From assembly GCA_038087875.1 (NCBI GenBank), contig CM075987.1, forward strand, positions 21,452,001 through 21,516,000: 64,000 nucleotides of DNA, in the 5' to 3' direction. A program made the translations under genes and the position numbers. This stretch comes from Malacoraja senta. Lineage: Eukaryota. Positions 1-64,000 of the stretch are shown piece by piece. Each line of letters starts with the position of its first letter. Positions within the stretch are counted from its first letter, which is position 1. The notes under the pieces were generated by a model. The model ran no database searches. It saw only the letters and a program-made list of their open reading frames with translations, and was not told the origin of the DNA.

Positions 1-285
1 GTGCAAGTTTATGCTAAAATCATTCACCCTTTCTATACATAGTCATCTCAAACCTTAGCTAATCATATTTCATAAATGTGGTTTTGCTGAACAAAATCCA
101 TCATTCTATCAAACTAATTACTAAAATATTGATTGTAAATTTTGTCTACTGATGTCTTCTAATGCTGCCTTGAGCAATAATTTTGGAATACTAAGATCTC
201 TCTTAAGATTTCAGGAGGCGCAACAAATATGGAGATTTATTTTCTGGTGGAAACAACTATTTTTTAAACTTTTGATCTTGTGTAG

Positions 286-63330
<63,045 letters not shown>

Positions 63331-63367
63331 GTACTGCAGCACATATACAAGATATTTGTGATCAATA

Positions 63368-63845
63368 ATAGAATCGTACAGCACAGAAATGTCTACCCAC
63401 ATCCGCTAATACTTTACGTATTGGGCCCATATCCCTTTGTACTTTTTAAATACCTGTCCAAACATCTTATAAATTTTGTAATTTTATCTGCCTCCACCAC
63501 CTCTTATCGTAACATGTTCCAGAGAGCCACCAACCTCTGAAAACCTACACCTCAGACATACCATGCTCCCTAGGTTTAGACTCCTCTGTGCTGGGCAATG
63601 GACTGTCCTATCTATGCCTCTCATCATTTTATGAACTTCCATAAGGTCACCCATCTAATCTCGTATTACTACAGCTTTCCATTCCAGGCAATATTTTGGT
63701 AAATTACTTTTGCACTCTCTTTTGCTAGCACATCTTTCCTGTAAATTGGCAATCAAAACTCTAAGTGCAGTCTCCAGCTGATTTGGACAATTGCAATATG
63801 ACATCCCAGCTCATGCTCAATGCCTTGGCCTATGAAGCCAGGCTT
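63368..63845 (-). mobile_element. Degraded CR1 LINE 3' fragment
   Basis: ATAGAATCGTACAGCACAGAAA tail, CTGCCTCCACCACC and CTATCTATGCCTCTCAT CR1 motifs on the reverse strand. Confidence 0.65.
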
Positions 63846-64000
63846 GTCTCTCCTGCCCTTTTTGGAAAAAGTGCAGAACTCCAGTCTTCTGGTGCCTCTC
63901 AAATGGCAAATGAAGCAAGTAATTCTAAAAGAAACAAGTTGTTAATGATTGATGCCATAATGTCACTTTGATTCTACTACTGAACTTTGCTGTACTCAAC

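Overview
Eukaryotic genomic DNA, almost certainly from a cartilaginous fish and probably a skate or ray; this is inferred from the HE1/V-SINE, CR1 and Penelope repeat content. The window lies entirely inside one + strand multi-exon gene, non-erythrocytic alpha-II spectrin (SPTAN1). It covers the equivalents of human exons 12-56; that numbering comes from recalled human exon sizes. The exons encode spectrin repeats, the SH3 domain, the calpain/caspase/calmodulin insert and the C-terminal EF-hands; the gene starts before and ends after the window. All exons were traced by hand and have GT-AG boundaries with consistent phases. They include small exons the ORF track misses or does not resolve: the 60-nt SH3-adjacent insert, the 39/36/48-nt insert exons, the 15-nt LSKLL and 18-nt TYLLDG microexons, and the 63-nt heart-type (cardi+) exon. 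A 7,826-bp block (exons 39-46) appears twice, apparently identical, on either side of a 200-N gap. It is frame-breaking and most likely an assembly artefact. The introns hold an ORF-intact 5'-truncated Rex1/Babar LINE, a degenerate DD34E Tc1 transposon, a young PIF/Harbinger MITE, V-SINEs, CR1 fragments and an RTE-like short element. They also hold a family of Penelope-derived, often fold-back, elements with minimal hammerhead-ribozyme-like motifs. I found no clear-cut novel system. The best leads are the hammerhead-bearing fold-back elements, the replaced calpain/Tyr1176 exon with an inverted-repeat structure just upstream, and the deep conservation of the alternative exons.
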